A stretch of DNA of 64,000 nucleotides. Source: an uncultured Lachnospiraceae bacterium (lineage in GTDB: Bacteria > Bacillota > Clostridia > Lachnospirales > Lachnospiraceae). The position numbers and the translations under genes are program-made. The notes beneath the pieces are model-generated. The model did not search any database and was not told the origin of the DNA. It saw only the letters and a list, made by a program, of their open reading frames with translations. Location: assembly GCA_910577765.1 (NCBI GenBank), contig CAJTOV010000005.1, positions 203 through 64,202 on the forward strand. The letters run 5' to 3'. Shown piece by piece: positions 1-10,747 of this stretch; within the stretch, counting starts at the first letter, position 1; the number at the start of each line of letters is the position of its first letter.

Positions 1-708
1 GGGAAACTGGGTTCTGGCATATTCATCCATATCCAGCCGCACCGGCTCCTGGTCCCGAATCCGCACCAGCAGATACCGCAAATGTGCTGTAAACCGCTCA
101 AACATAAAGGAATGGGGGTCCAGCTTTATGTTCATCTCCTCCTCAGCCATGGTGACCACCAGCCTGACCAGGGTGACCATCTGGAGGGAATCCTCCAGCT
201 TTTCATCCATACGGCCTGCCCGGATGTGCAGGGCAATGTAGCCTGCCTCATCATCCAGCAGCACACAGCCGGTCTGGGCCTGGATCATCTCCCTGGCAGC
301 CAGCGCAATCTGGCATTCCTCGGGATAGAGCACATGAATGTCCTTGTGAAACGGGTTCTTTAACAGGATCCCGTTCTGCATCCGCTCCACAGCCACGGCA
401 ATGTGGTCTGCCAGGGGAATCAGAATATTGGGATTTAAAGTCCCAAGCTTCTGTCCGGCCAGCTCCACGATCTTCCCGGCCAGCTCCAGAAACGCAGGGT
501 CCATACCGCTTAGGACCTGGCGCCCGGTGCGCTGTTTCTCTTCCCGGTCCACGATGGTATAGCGCCTGGTGTTCTCGTCACGTTCAAAGCGCTCATTGAT
601 GCGTTTTCCGAAGCCGATGCCGCTCCCCAGCAAAATCGCTTCCTCGTCACGCTTCATATCATAGACCAGTACTCCATTGTTGTTCAGAACCTTGATCACC
701 CGGTACAT
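1..708 (-). CDS. BglG/LicT/GlcT-family PRD transcriptional antiterminator (3' end runs off the window)
   Basis: Read manually, absent from the ORF track. ATG at 708 gives MYRVIKVLNNNGVLVYDMKRDEEAILLGSGIGFGK, a typical CAT RNA-binding domain start, followed by PRD-like ...LADHIAVAVER... It lies directly downstream of a PTS gene that has a RAT leader. Confidence 0.92.
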   Translation of the reverse strand, partial: MYRVIKVLNNNGVLVYDMKRDEEAILLGSGIGFGKRINERFERDENTRRYTIVDREEKQRTGRQVLSGMDPAFLELAGKIVELAGQKLGTLNPNILIPLADHIAVAVERMQNGILLKNPFHKDIHVLYPEECQIALAAREMIQAQTGCVLLDDEAGYIALHIRAGRMDEKLEDSLQMVTLVRLVVTMAEEEMNIKLDPHSFMFERFTAHLRYLLVRIRDQEPVRLDMDEYARTQFP

Positions 709-727
709 GCTCCATCCCCCATTACCG

Positions 728-769
728 GGCATACGCAGGACTCATGCTTTTTGGGAGCCTGCGTATGCC
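728..769. other. Intercistronic hairpin between the PTS and antiterminator genes
   Basis: GGCATACGCAGG (728-739) and CCTGCGTATGCC (758-769) form a perfect 12-bp inverted repeat. Confidence 0.7.
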
Positions 770-781
770 TATACTATTTTT

Positions 782-2926
782 TTACGGTTCCAGCAGATCT
801 GCCCCGTGGTCCAGGGCCCGGATCTCTTTCTCCTGAGGCACCTGAATCACTGCCCCCTCCGGCAGTGCCGTGTAGATAATCATGCATGCCTCTGACACCG
901 CATGTTCGCGGATATAATCCAGATCAAACTGCATGATCTTATCCCCCTTCTTTACCTGGTCGCCTTCCTTGACCAGAGCTTCAAATCCTTTTCCTTCCAG
1001 CTTCACCGTATCCACACCGATGTGAAGCATGAATTCCGTTCCGTCCGAAGCTTTCAGCCCTACTGCATGGTTGGTAGGGAATACAAAGGCAACCTGACCG
1101 TCGCAGGGTGCCAGCACCTGGCCGTCTGCAGGCATTACCATGTAGCCGTCACCGATCATCTTCTGGGCAAAGGTTACATCCGGTGCATGCTCAATGGACT
1201 GCACACGGCCGCTGAAAGGACTGTACAGCGCAGTCCGCCTGCCCTGGGAATCCGGTGCCGTGGCCATGAACCGTACCAGGTCTGCCTTGATGTTGGGCAC
1301 CGTCGGACCGTAGATCACCTGGACACCCTGGCCCTTGCGGATCACGCCGGCAGCGCCGGTTTTCTTAAGAAGCTCTTCGTCCACCAGCTCCGGCTTGTGG
1401 ACGGTACAGCGCAGTCTGGTAATGCAGCAGTCCACGTCTGCCACATTGTTCTTACCGCCAAGACCGTTGAGGATCATGCGGGAGCGCTCGTCCACCACAT
1501 CCTCCCCGCCTGCCTCTCCGGCCTGCTTCCTGGCATTGACATCTTTTCTTGTGTACAGCTTCACTTCCTCACTGTCGTCACGGCCCGGAGTCTTTAAGTC
1601 AAACCGGAGGATCAGGGCCTTAAACAGCACATAATAGACCACAAAATACACAATGCCCACCACCGGAATCCAGTACCAGCTGGTCTTTCCGGCACCCGGC
1701 AGGATTCCGAACATTACCAGGTCAATAATGCCGCCGGAGAAGGTCATGCCTACGCCTACATTTAGCATATGCATCAGCATGTAGGCAGCACCGGCCAGTA
1801 CGCTGTGGACCGCATATAGAAACGGCGCCACAAAGATAAAGGTAAATTCCAGAGGCTCCGTGATACCGGTCAGCATGGCAGTCAGGGCTGCGGAGACCAG
1901 AAGACTGCCGGCTACCTGCCGCTTCTCCGGTCTGGCCGTATGGTACATGGCCAGGGCCGCCCCGGGAAGGCCGAAGATCATAAAGGGGAACTTACCGGTC
2001 ATAAACCGGGTTCCGGGATTCACGCTGAAATGGGCAATCTCTCCCACACGGCCCAACTGGGCAAAGAAGATATTCTGGGCGCCGTACACCATCTGGCCCC
2101 CTACCTCCAGCTGTCCGCCTACGGCGGTCTGCCAGAACGGTATATAGAACACATGATGCAGACCAAAAGGAATCAGGGCCCGTTCAATAATTCCGTATAT
2201 CCAGGTGCCTACGTACCCGGAGTTGTTGACCAGGGCTCCCAGGCCATAGATCCCGGACTGGATCACCGGCCACACGAAATACATAACAATACCCACAAAA
2301 ATGTACACCAGACTGGAGATAATGGGTACAAACCGGGTGCCGCCGAAGAAGGACAGTACCTGGGGAAGCTGGATATTATAGAACCGGTTGTGAAGCGCCG
2401 CAACACCCAGACCTACAATGACCCCGCCGAAGACACCCATCTGCAGGGATGAGATGCCCAGCACTCTGGTGACAGAGCCCTCCAGCATTCCCACGGTCTG
2501 TTCCACGGAACCTACCATGCCTGCCAGGGCGGTTCCCGTGGCATCCAGCACCTGTGGGGCTGTCACCAGCCTGCCGGACAGTACCAGCAGGGCATGGATA
2601 GCCGTATGCATGATGAAGAAGGCAATCACACTGGCCAGCGCGGCAACCTCCTTCTCCTGCTTCGCCATACCCACGGCCACTCCGATGGCAAACAGCAGGG
2701 GCAGATTCTCAAATACCACATTGCCGCAGCTGTTGAGAATGTTCAGGAACCCGTTGAGCATGGTTCCCGGCCCCAAAAGCCCTTCCAGATGATAGGCACT
2801 GATCATGGTTCCGTTGGTAAAGGAACCGCCAATCCCCAGCAGAAGTCCTGCCACGGGAAGGATTGCGATGGGAAGCATGAAGGAGCGTCCCACCCTCTGC
2901 AATACACCAAAAATCTTGTCTTTCAT
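782..2926 (-). CDS. PTS transporter, glucose family, EIICBA
   Basis: 714 aa. EIIC start LQRVGRSFMLPIAILP and GITEPLEF; EIIB DCCITRLR; EIIA HAVGL...LHIGVDTV. The exact sugar (glucose, maltose or GlcNAc-type) cannot be determined. Confidence 0.95.
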   Translation of the reverse strand: MKDKIFGVLQRVGRSFMLPIAILPVAGLLLGIGGSFTNGTMISAYHLEGLLGPGTMLNGFLNILNSCGNVVFENLPLLFAIGVAVGMAKQEKEVAALASVIAFFIMHTAIHALLVLSGRLVTAPQVLDATGTALAGMVGSVEQTVGMLEGSVTRVLGISSLQMGVFGGVIVGLGVAALHNRFYNIQLPQVLSFFGGTRFVPIISSLVYIFVGIVMYFVWPVIQSGIYGLGALVNNSGYVGTWIYGIIERALIPFGLHHVFYIPFWQTAVGGQLEVGGQMVYGAQNIFFAQLGRVGEIAHFSVNPGTRFMTGKFPFMIFGLPGAALAMYHTARPEKRQVAGSLLVSAALTAMLTGITEPLEFTFIFVAPFLYAVHSVLAGAAYMLMHMLNVGVGMTFSGGIIDLVMFGILPGAGKTSWYWIPVVGIVYFVVYYVLFKALILRFDLKTPGRDDSEEVKLYTRKDVNARKQAGEAGGEDVVDERSRMILNGLGGKNNVADVDCCITRLRCTVHKPELVDEELLKKTGAAGVIRKGQGVQVIYGPTVPNIKADLVRFMATAPDSQGRRTALYSPFSGRVQSIEHAPDVTFAQKMIGDGYMVMPADGQVLAPCDGQVAFVFPTNHAVGLKASDGTEFMLHIGVDTVKLEGKGFEALVKEGDQVKKGDKIMQFDLDYIREHAVSEACMIIYTALPEGAVIQVPQEKEIRALDHGADLLEP

Positions 2927-2983
2927 CCTACTCTCCTACTTTCTTTGAGATTTGGCCGGACAGGATACTTCCATGGGGTGGAC

Positions 2984-3041
2984 AAAAAAGGCATAAACGT
3001 CCCTGCCACAGCCATATGCTGTACATTGGATAGTTTATGCC
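2984..3041 (-). terminator. Leader intrinsic terminator of the PTS operon
   Basis: Minus strand GGCATAAAC...GTTTATGCC followed by TTTTTT; the 5' arm overlaps the RAT. Confidence 0.85.
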
Positions 3042-3066
3042 TGATCACAATTTCTATCAGTAACAC
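3033..3066 (-). promoter_or_regulatory. RAT (ribonucleic antiterminator) element
   Basis: Minus strand GTGTTACTGAT-AGAAATTGTG-ATCAGGCATAAAC matches the ptsG/GlcT-type RAT pattern GTGTTACTGAT...ATCAGGCAT and overlaps the terminator. Confidence 0.88.
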
Positions 3067-3088
3067 ACTAATCACTTATACTGGAAAA

Positions 3089-3117
3089 AGTATATTGAAT
3101 AATCCAGATTTTGTCAA
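3089..3117 (-). promoter_or_regulatory. Sigma-A promoter of the PTS operon
   Basis: TTGACA-17 bp-TATACT on the minus strand. Confidence 0.85.
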
Positions 3118-3237
3118 TATGGTTCCTGCAAGATCGGAAATTTTGTGTACTTTTGCTAATGTGGATTGTGGATTTTTACCAGCTGCCGGATATCCCAGGC
3201 AAACAAGGGTACGGTTTCTGTTTCATCTCCCGCCCGT

Positions 3238-6200
3238 CTACAGACGAATCTCCTCCTGCAGTTTCATGGAATAGATGATTTTCTCCTTCACCGTCTTCCC
3301 GGTCATCTGCCCCAGGGCCCGCTCATAGTAGTCAAGCTGCCGTTTGTACCGGTCCACCAGTTCCTGACGGTCCGTCACATAATCGGTCTTGTAATCCACT
3401 AAAACCAGCTGGCCCTCCTCCTCAAAGCAGGCATCCAGAATACCCTGGATCACCACCAGCTCGTCGGAATCCGCCGCCTCCATCTCCCTGGCAGGAATGC
3501 CCATGACAAACTGCTGCTCCTTGCTAAGGCGCCCCTCCTTCTGGGCCAGACTCATGCGCTTTCCCAGGTCTGACCGCAGAAACCGCCAGATCACCCGGCA
3601 GTCGATCATCCCGTAGGCTTCCTTTGTAAAGCGGCTCTGGTCCACCATGGACATCAGATAGTCTTCCACGTCCTTAAGGGTGTGTACCCGGTCAAATGCC
3701 AGAAGCTCCAGGGCCCGGTGGTAGGCGGTACCCCGGGTGGCACCGTAACGGGTGCCACCTGCCGGGACAGCTTCCGCCTCCTCCCGCCCCATTCCAGGCT
3801 CCAGCCACCGCTGCCAGTCCGGCTCCAGAATCTCATTCAGACAGGCGCTTTCCGCCTCGTCGGTCATCTGTCCCTGCTGCTTTAACTCGGATACGGACAT
3901 TTTGGTGTGCAGGGAAATATCCGCCTCACAGGGATACCGGTAATCCAGATACTGTTCCAGCTTCTGCCCAAACTCCCCGTCGGGGCCCGGGCCTTTCTCA
4001 CGGCCAAGCCGCACCAGGGCTTCCCGGGACTGGAGCGTCCGAAGCTGGCGGACCAGCTCCTCCCCTACCAGCTCCTGGACCGGCACCTGCTCCAGGCGGA
4101 TGCGGATATCCCCGCAGCCCATACTCATCAGCAGCCAGTCCAGGTAAGAACCTGCTGCTGCCAGGATCGTGTAGGGAATCTGGCCGCCGGCGGTGGGAAT
4201 ATGGGCATACTTTTCCAGGGCCTTGGCCAGATAACGGTCCGTGCCGGTCATAACCAGCTGCTCCCTGGCCCGGGTCATGGCCACATACAGCACCCGCAGT
4301 TCCTCCCCCAGATTGTCCAGCTCCATTTTGCGGCGGAGAACATTCTTTTTTAAGGTGGTGGTTTTCAGACGCCGGTCCAGGTCCAGATAGTCGGTGCCGA
4401 TCCCTAAGTCCGAGTCAATGAGAATCTTTCCGTACACATCCTGCCGGTTGAATTTCTTTCCCATTCCTGCCAGAAATACCACCGGAAACTCCAGGCCCTT
4501 GCTCTTGTGGATACTCATGATGCGGACGGTATTATCCTCTTCCCCCTGGACCAGGGCTTCCCCAAAGTCCGTGTGGTACTTTTTCAGGTTCTCAATGTAG
4601 CGGACAAAATGAAACAGTCCCCGGTAGCTGGTCTTTTCGTACTGGGCTGCCTTTTCCACCAGCATGTCCAGGTTGGCCCTGCGGGTCTGGCCCGCAGGCA
4701 TGGCAGATGCATAGTCGTAATAACCGGTTTCCTCATAGATCCGGTAGATCAGCTCGTGGATCGGCACATAGGTGCTTTCCCGGCGGAACCGGGAAAGGAG
4801 GCTTGTAAGGCGGCGAAGCTTCCGGTAAAGAACCTCCGCTTCCCCCTCCGGTTCCGGATCTGTCTGCGGCTGTTCTCCGGTCCCTGGCACCGGCTGCAGG
4901 CCATTTTCCTCCATCTGCTCCATATACAGCTTTACCGCCGCAAAGATGCCCCGGTCCTGGCCTTTCTCTGCCCAGGCCCTGTAGCCTGCCATCAGCCTGG
5001 CCAGCTCCACGTCGCTGACCCCGATAAAGGGGGCTTTCAGCACTGCTGTCAGGGGAATGTCCTGCATGGGATTGTCAATGACCGAAAGGAAACTTAACAC
5101 GGTCTCCACCTCAGTGGTATCAAAATACCCCATTCTGGATTCCGCATAAGCCGGAATCCCCTCATTCATCAGCACCGACAGAAGGGTCTCCGTCCAGCCG
5201 GTGGTGCTGCGCAGAAGAATCACCATGTCCCGGTATTCCGCAATCCGGTAGCCGCCGGACCCGCCCAGCCTCTTGTCCCATACCAGAAGTCCGGTTCCCG
5301 GGTCTGTCATCTCCCGGATACGCCGGACAATCAGTTTGGCTTCCAGCTCCCTGGCCGTAAAGTCTGCGGCCTCCTCGTCCAGCTGGGAAAGGGACGCTTC
5401 CCCGGTGTCCACCACCAGAAGCTCCGGGATACCGGCAGTGCCGGGTGTTGCCACGGCACACTCTGCCGCCCCCAGAAGAAAGTCTTCTTCCTCATCCTCC
5501 TGGCCCGGGTCCCGGGCCGCGTCCGGCCGGACAACGGTCCCCGGCCCGTCTTCGCCGGGTCCGTCCGGGTCCCCGGAATCTTCCGGCTCTTCCCGCACCA
5601 CCTCCGGGAACACTGCCCCCGGATGCAGGGCCGTCTCTTCCGTATAGCAGATGCCTCCCATATTCTCGGTCATGATCCGGTAGAACACGTCGTTGATTCC
5701 CTCCAGTACCTCTTTCCGGCTCCGGAAGTTCTGGTGCAGTTCGATCTTCCGGCTGGGGGCACCTGCTTCTGCCTGGTCATAGTCCGCATAAGCATGATAC
5801 TTTTCCTGGAACAGCTCCGGCCTGGCCAGACGGAACTTGTAGATGCTCTGCTTCACGTCCCCTACCATAAACACATTGGGCTGGCCGAACCGTTCCCTGG
5901 ATACGGCCAGAAGCAGGGCCTCCTGGACCAGGTTGCTGTCCTGGTACTCGTCCACCAGAACCTCCGCATACTGGCGGCTTAAGGTGTCCGCCGCCTCTGT
6001 ATACCGGTACGGCACCACAGGTTTTCCGTCCTCGCTGACCATCAGTACCTTTAAGGCCTCATGCTCCAGGTCATTAAAATCCACCAGGTTCCGGTCCCGC
6101 TTCTTCTCCTGGTAGCGGCGCCCATACTCCTGGGCCAGATCCAGAAGCATTCCCACCACCCCGCCGGTTCCTGCCAGGTCCCGGAACATTTCCTCAGGCT

Positions 6201-7170
6201 CTGCCATACAGTAAAGCTCCCGCAGCTTACCCACGGTCTTCTTCACCCGGTCCCGGCAGCCGGTAACAAAGGCCTTCTTATCCGGGTCCACCTCCTTGCT
6301 GCGCACCGAAGCCAGCCGCATCCAGGTACAGCCCGCCAGCCGTTCATAGGCTTCCCCAAAGGTTTCCGCCTCCCTGATCCCGGCCACCTGCCGCTTATCC
6401 TCCGTCAGCATAGGCACGTAGGCCGCCAGGTATTCATCCTCCCGGCACACCTTCAGCGCTTCATCCAGCTGCAGGCACAGCTCTCCTGCCTGACGCCCTA
6501 AATCCTCCATAAGAAACTGCATCCAGGCAAAATGCTCCAGACCGGAAGCATTTCCCCCTTCCAGCTCCCGGCGGCAGGTATCGAACCATACATCCGGATA
6601 GGGATTGCTCTGGGCAAAGGTGTAGACCTGCATAATGTAATCCTCGATCCCGGCATCGCTTTTGCCGGTGGCATAGGTCTCCACAAACCGGGTAAAGGCC
6701 TCCCCGCCGGATGTGTAGGAGTCCTCAATCAGCTCTCCCATCACATCCTGGCGCAGAAGCATCAGCTCCCCCTCGTCCCCGATCCGGAAGGAAGGGTCCA
6801 GATCCAGCAGGTTGAAATGACTGCGGATCAGGTTTAAGCAGAAGCTGTCAATGGTGGTAATCTGGGCGTGGTGGACCAGGGTGGCCTGGATCTGGAGATG
6901 CTCGTTGTCCGGGCTTTCCTCCAGCTTCTTCTCAATGGCTGCCCCGATCCGCTCCCGCATCTCCGCGGCAGCCGCATTGGTAAAGGTCATGACCAGCAGC
7001 CTGTCAATATCCAGAGGCTGCTCCCCTTCGGTGATCATGCGGATGATCCGCTCCACCAGCACCGCGGTCTTGCCGCTTCCTGCCGCGGCGCTGACCAGAA
7101 GATTGCTGCCCCGGCTTTCGATGACCTGCTTCTGTTTGCCGGTCCATTTGACAGATGTATTTACTGACAT
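3238..7170 (-). CDS. addA: ATP-dependent helicase/nuclease subunit A
   Basis: AAAGSGKT, VDEYQD, VGDVKQSIYKFR, MSIHKSKGLEF, LYVAMTRA and a C-terminal nuclease motif VDYKT. Confidence 0.97.
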   Translation of the reverse strand: MSVNTSVKWTGKQKQVIESRGSNLLVSAAAGSGKTAVLVERIIRMITEGEQPLDIDRLLVMTFTNAAAAEMRERIGAAIEKKLEESPDNEHLQIQATLVHHAQITTIDSFCLNLIRSHFNLLDLDPSFRIGDEGELMLLRQDVMGELIEDSYTSGGEAFTRFVETYATGKSDAGIEDYIMQVYTFAQSNPYPDVWFDTCRRELEGGNASGLEHFAWMQFLMEDLGRQAGELCLQLDEALKVCREDEYLAAYVPMLTEDKRQVAGIREAETFGEAYERLAGCTWMRLASVRSKEVDPDKKAFVTGCRDRVKKTVGKLRELYCMAEPEEMFRDLAGTGGVVGMLLDLAQEYGRRYQEKKRDRNLVDFNDLEHEALKVLMVSEDGKPVVPYRYTEAADTLSRQYAEVLVDEYQDSNLVQEALLLAVSRERFGQPNVFMVGDVKQSIYKFRLARPELFQEKYHAYADYDQAEAGAPSRKIELHQNFRSRKEVLEGINDVFYRIMTENMGGICYTEETALHPGAVFPEVVREEPEDSGDPDGPGEDGPGTVVRPDAARDPGQEDEEEDFLLGAAECAVATPGTAGIPELLVVDTGEASLSQLDEEAADFTARELEAKLIVRRIREMTDPGTGLLVWDKRLGGSGGYRIAEYRDMVILLRSTTGWTETLLSVLMNEGIPAYAESRMGYFDTTEVETVLSFLSVIDNPMQDIPLTAVLKAPFIGVSDVELARLMAGYRAWAEKGQDRGIFAAVKLYMEQMEENGLQPVPGTGEQPQTDPEPEGEAEVLYRKLRRLTSLLSRFRRESTYVPIHELIYRIYEETGYYDYASAMPAGQTRRANLDMLVEKAAQYEKTSYRGLFHFVRYIENLKKYHTDFGEALVQGEEDNTVRIMSIHKSKGLEFPVVFLAGMGKKFNRQDVYGKILIDSDLGIGTDYLDLDRRLKTTTLKKNVLRRKMELDNLGEELRVLYVAMTRAREQLVMTGTDRYLAKALEKYAHIPTAGGQIPYTILAAAGSYLDWLLMSMGCGDIRIRLEQVPVQELVGEELVRQLRTLQSREALVRLGREKGPGPDGEFGQKLEQYLDYRYPCEADISLHTKMSVSELKQQGQMTDEAESACLNEILEPDWQRWLEPGMGREEAEAVPAGGTRYGATRGTAYHRALELLAFDRVHTLKDVEDYLMSMVDQSRFTKEAYGMIDCRVIWRFLRSDLGKRMSLAQKEGRLSKEQQFVMGIPAREMEAADSDELVVIQGILDACFEEEGQLVLVDYKTDYVTDRQELVDRYKRQLDYYERALGQMTGKTVKEKIIYSMKLQEEIRL

Positions 7171-10100
7171 AATTCCTCCCAGATTTCCTCGGATTTCCTG
7201 TTTCGCAGCTTCCGGTATTCATAGCCTGCGGTCTTCTTGTCAAAGCCGCAGACCGGATGGTAGGGACAATAGTCGCAGGCCGTGCGGCTGCCGCTTTTGT
7301 AGGGGGCCACTGCCGTCTCCCCGGCCAGAATTTCCCGGCCGGCAGTCTCCACCTTCCGGTGGACGAACTGCCGCAGCTTCTCGAACCGCTGCCCGGAAGC
7401 CACATGGGACCGCTCCGCCTGGACCTCCCCGTCCTTTAACACCACCGGAATAATGTCCGATTCCTTCTCAATGGTATGGTCCAGATGGCGGATGGCGTTC
7501 AGCTCGCTGTTGACCAGGCCGTTCATCCTCAGCTGCTTTAAGATCTCCCGCTCAATCTGCTCCGGGTCATCCTGCCCGGTCTTGGCTGCCAGAGGGTCCG
7601 CGATATTGTAATACAGGATCCCCGCCGGAACCACTTCCTTGTCCGGATAACGCCGCTGGGTCAGTTCCAGGACTGCGTCCATGTACACCACCAGCTGCAG
7701 CTGGAGCCCATAGTACAGGGCTACCAGGTCAAAGCGGGTGCTGCCGGACTTGTAGTCAATAATCTTCACATACAGCGTTTCCCCGTCCTGGCACAGGTCC
7801 ATCCGGTCAATGCGCCCCCGCAGCCGGATCTCCTCATCCTGGGAAAGAGAAATCCGCATGGCCTTAAGATCATCCGCCGCCGAGAAGGATACCTCGAACC
7901 CGGCAGGCCGGAAATCCCCCTTCTGTATCTGCTGCTGCAAGGCCCACACGGTCCGCTGGACAATATGCTCCACCCGTCTGGCCAGATAGCTGTTGCGGGA
8001 AGAGCTGCCCAGAATCCGGTTGCCGTACTCGGCAGTGACCTGCTCCACACAGTCCTTTACCAGGGCCGTCCGCTGCTCTCCGGTAACCGTGTTCCAGTCA
8101 TAACCGGCCTCCCCCATCCGCTTAAAGCACAGATCTATGGAATCATGAAACAGATTTCCCATGTCCGCGGCTCCCAGCTCAAAATGCTGCCGTTCCATCA
8201 GCTCCAGCCCGTATTTGAGAAAATGGGCATAGGCGCAGGACGCGTACTGTTCCAGACGGGTAACGCTGCCGCTGATCACCGTCCCGTACAAGGCCCGTGC
8301 CACCGCATGGCCGATTCCCTGGTCCCGGTACACGTAGAAGGCCGCGTCCGTCAGCCGCTCCAGCTCTTTTTTGTATTCCGGGGAAGCGGCAAACCACCGG
8401 TAGATTTCCTGGAACCGGGCATATCCGTCCCCATTCCAGTCATCCTCCCGCACATGGCCCAGCCCGGCCACCAGCCAGCGCCTGGCCTCGGCTACGGAGC
8501 AGGGGATGTCCGGATCCTCCTGGGCCTGGGATGCGCACACCAGGTCCGGGAACAGCTTCCCCAGCTCCCCGGTCAGGTAGGAGGCACGGCGGCTTTTTCC
8601 GTCAGGGCCCATATTGGCGTAAGATACCACCAGCTTCCGGCTGGGCTTTGTCATCATCAGGTACAGGTAAAACCGCTGCTGGAAGCTGTCCTCCCTGGCA
8701 GTAGGCGCCAGCTCCAGCCTGTGGGCCGTGAAGAACTCCCGCTCCTGGTCGGAAAGAAGGCTTCCCTTATCCTGGCGGGCCGGGACAATGCCGTCATTGA
8801 CCCCCAGGAAAAACAGTACCTGGATGTGGGCCAGCCGGGTGCGGACAATGTCCCCTACCACCACCCGGTCCACGGTGGCCGGAATCACACCTACGGAAAT
8901 CTCCCCAAAGCCTGCGTCCAGAATCTCCATGAATTCCTTCCGCCCTGCCCTCTCGTCTCCCAGAAGGTCCGAGAGACGTCCTAAAAGCTCCGTGACCATG
9001 CCATAGATCTGGCCGTACTCCCGGGCGGTCCTGTACTCTCCGGCAGCGGTAAAATACTCCTGATAAGCCAGCATCTTCGCCTCCACCTGGCAGCCCTCCA
9101 GCAGTTCCAGAACCGCTGCCGCCATGTGGCCGATGGTGATCTGGTCCTTTCGGAATGCCTCCCTCATGGCAAAAAGGGGAGCCAGGGTCTGGTCCCGGAA
9201 CCGGTTCAGCTCTGCCAGGTTTAAAGAGGCGCCTCCCCGGTAAGTCCGCTGCCAGGGCTCCTGCCACCGTCTGTGGCCCCGGATGCCCATGGCCAGCACA
9301 TAGTTCTCCATCCGGTCCGTCATTTCCCGGTCCTGGGTCACCAGGCCGGTCCTTAAGAACCGGAACACGCTTTCATAGGAGAAGTCCCGCCGCACCACCT
9401 CCAGGGCAGAGCGGATCAGCTCTACCATGGGATTGTCCAGAATATTGGCCCGGTCATCCATAAAGTAGGGAATCCCGTTCTGCTCAAACTGATGGGCAAT
9501 CTCCCGGCCATATCCGGCCAGGTCCCCGGTGATCACCGCCATGTCCCGGTAACGCAGGCCCTGTTCCCGGACAAGCTGCTGAATCCGGTGGACCATGCGG
9601 GCAGTCTCCTGGGAAGGGCTGGCAGCCTGGTACAGCTCCAGGGACGGACCGGAACCAGGGGACCCGGCAGCCGGTTCCTTCTCCCCCTCATACTGTACCT
9701 TCCGGTACCGGAACAGGTTCTCCTCCAGAAATGCCAGCTCCGGCGCCCGGTCAAACCGCGGCCGCTTCTCCAGACGGATATCCTCCAGAACCGGAATCCG
9801 GTTCTGCTCTGCCAGGGCCGTGAGACGGCCCACCATCTGGTGGCTCATGTAGAACAGATTCTGCATGCCTATAGGGCGCCGCAGGTTCCTGGTCCCGTCG
9901 GCTGTTACGGTCACTGTCACCTGCCTGGCATAAACCATAAACAGCTCCAGCAGCCGGTACTGAACCGGCGTGAAGCCGGTGAAGCCGTCCAGGGCCACTT
10001 TGCTGCCCTTAAGCATTTCCGACCGGGGCAGAACCCGGCACAGCACATCCAGCACTTCCTCCGCCGCAATGTAGTGACCTTCAATATACTCCCGGAAGGC

Positions 10101-10589
10101 CTGAAATACCACCGCGAAATCCTCCAGCTTCTGCCGGAACAGGGCGGAGCCTGCGTCCTGGGCCACTTCCCGCAGCATCTGGGGGGTGACTCCGTACTGG
10201 TAGAACTCGGAGATCATGGATTTCAGCTTTCCCACGAATCCGCTCTGGTCTAAATGTCCCGAAAACACCACCAGCTCCCGCCGGTGCTTTCCCGCCACCT
10301 TCCGCAGCACCATGGACTTGCCCATGTCATCCAGCACCTGAAGGTTCTCCACAGCCAGCTCCTCGAAAATCCGGTAGGCCAGCCGCTCAAAGCTGACAAT
10401 ATCGATATTCATGGTACCATGGTTTGGATGGCGGGTCACAATGTCCTTCTGGGTCTGCATGGTGAACTGCTCCGGAACAATGATAAAATAAAGCTGCTCC
10501 GGGTGCTGAACCGATTCCTCAATGATCCTGTCGTACAGACAGGTGGTCTTGCCGGAGCCTGAGCCGCCGGTAATGAACTGTAGTGCCAT
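7161..10589 (-). CDS. addB: ATP-dependent helicase/nuclease subunit B
   Basis: GGSGSGKT, IVPEQFT, GRIDRMD...IIDYKSG, Fe-S Cys motif CDYCPYHPVC; overlaps the addA start. Confidence 0.97.
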   Translation of the reverse strand: MALQFITGGSGSGKTTCLYDRIIEESVQHPEQLYFIIVPEQFTMQTQKDIVTRHPNHGTMNIDIVSFERLAYRIFEELAVENLQVLDDMGKSMVLRKVAGKHRRELVVFSGHLDQSGFVGKLKSMISEFYQYGVTPQMLREVAQDAGSALFRQKLEDFAVVFQAFREYIEGHYIAAEEVLDVLCRVLPRSEMLKGSKVALDGFTGFTPVQYRLLELFMVYARQVTVTVTADGTRNLRRPIGMQNLFYMSHQMVGRLTALAEQNRIPVLEDIRLEKRPRFDRAPELAFLEENLFRYRKVQYEGEKEPAAGSPGSGPSLELYQAASPSQETARMVHRIQQLVREQGLRYRDMAVITGDLAGYGREIAHQFEQNGIPYFMDDRANILDNPMVELIRSALEVVRRDFSYESVFRFLRTGLVTQDREMTDRMENYVLAMGIRGHRRWQEPWQRTYRGGASLNLAELNRFRDQTLAPLFAMREAFRKDQITIGHMAAAVLELLEGCQVEAKMLAYQEYFTAAGEYRTAREYGQIYGMVTELLGRLSDLLGDERAGRKEFMEILDAGFGEISVGVIPATVDRVVVGDIVRTRLAHIQVLFFLGVNDGIVPARQDKGSLLSDQEREFFTAHRLELAPTAREDSFQQRFYLYLMMTKPSRKLVVSYANMGPDGKSRRASYLTGELGKLFPDLVCASQAQEDPDIPCSVAEARRWLVAGLGHVREDDWNGDGYARFQEIYRWFAASPEYKKELERLTDAAFYVYRDQGIGHAVARALYGTVISGSVTRLEQYASCAYAHFLKYGLELMERQHFELGAADMGNLFHDSIDLCFKRMGEAGYDWNTVTGEQRTALVKDCVEQVTAEYGNRILGSSSRNSYLARRVEHIVQRTVWALQQQIQKGDFRPAGFEVSFSAADDLKAMRISLSQDEEIRLRGRIDRMDLCQDGETLYVKIIDYKSGSTRFDLVALYYGLQLQLVVYMDAVLELTQRRYPDKEVVPAGILYYNIADPLAAKTGQDDPEQIEREILKQLRMNGLVNSELNAIRHLDHTIEKESDIIPVVLKDGEVQAERSHVASGQRFEKLRQFVHRKVETAGREILAGETAVAPYKSGSRTACDYCPYHPVCGFDKKTAGYEYRKLRNRKSEEIWEELCQ

Positions 10590-10747
10590 GTTGTCCTCCT
10601 GTGTTTGCTGACATGAAAATCCTTACACAAGCCAGGGACGGGCTTGTGACACATTTTCATGTTCATAAATTGCTGCACGTCTTTTCTCTGACGCATAATT
10701 TTCCCTCCGCAGGAATAGATTATATCAAACATGCACGGAGGTTACCT

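Noticed and set aside
5450..5610. Acidic Gly/Pro-rich insertion in AddA as a possible intein or mobile insert
   Set aside because: Short, low-complexity and lacking intein terminal motifs; most likely a variable linker.
10611..10735. Hairpin upstream of addB and a possible sporulation-sigma promoter for the 10748 gene
   Set aside because: The hairpin (ACATGAAAAT/ATTTTCATGT) is real, but no function can be supported, and the sigma-E/G-like match is too degenerate to call.
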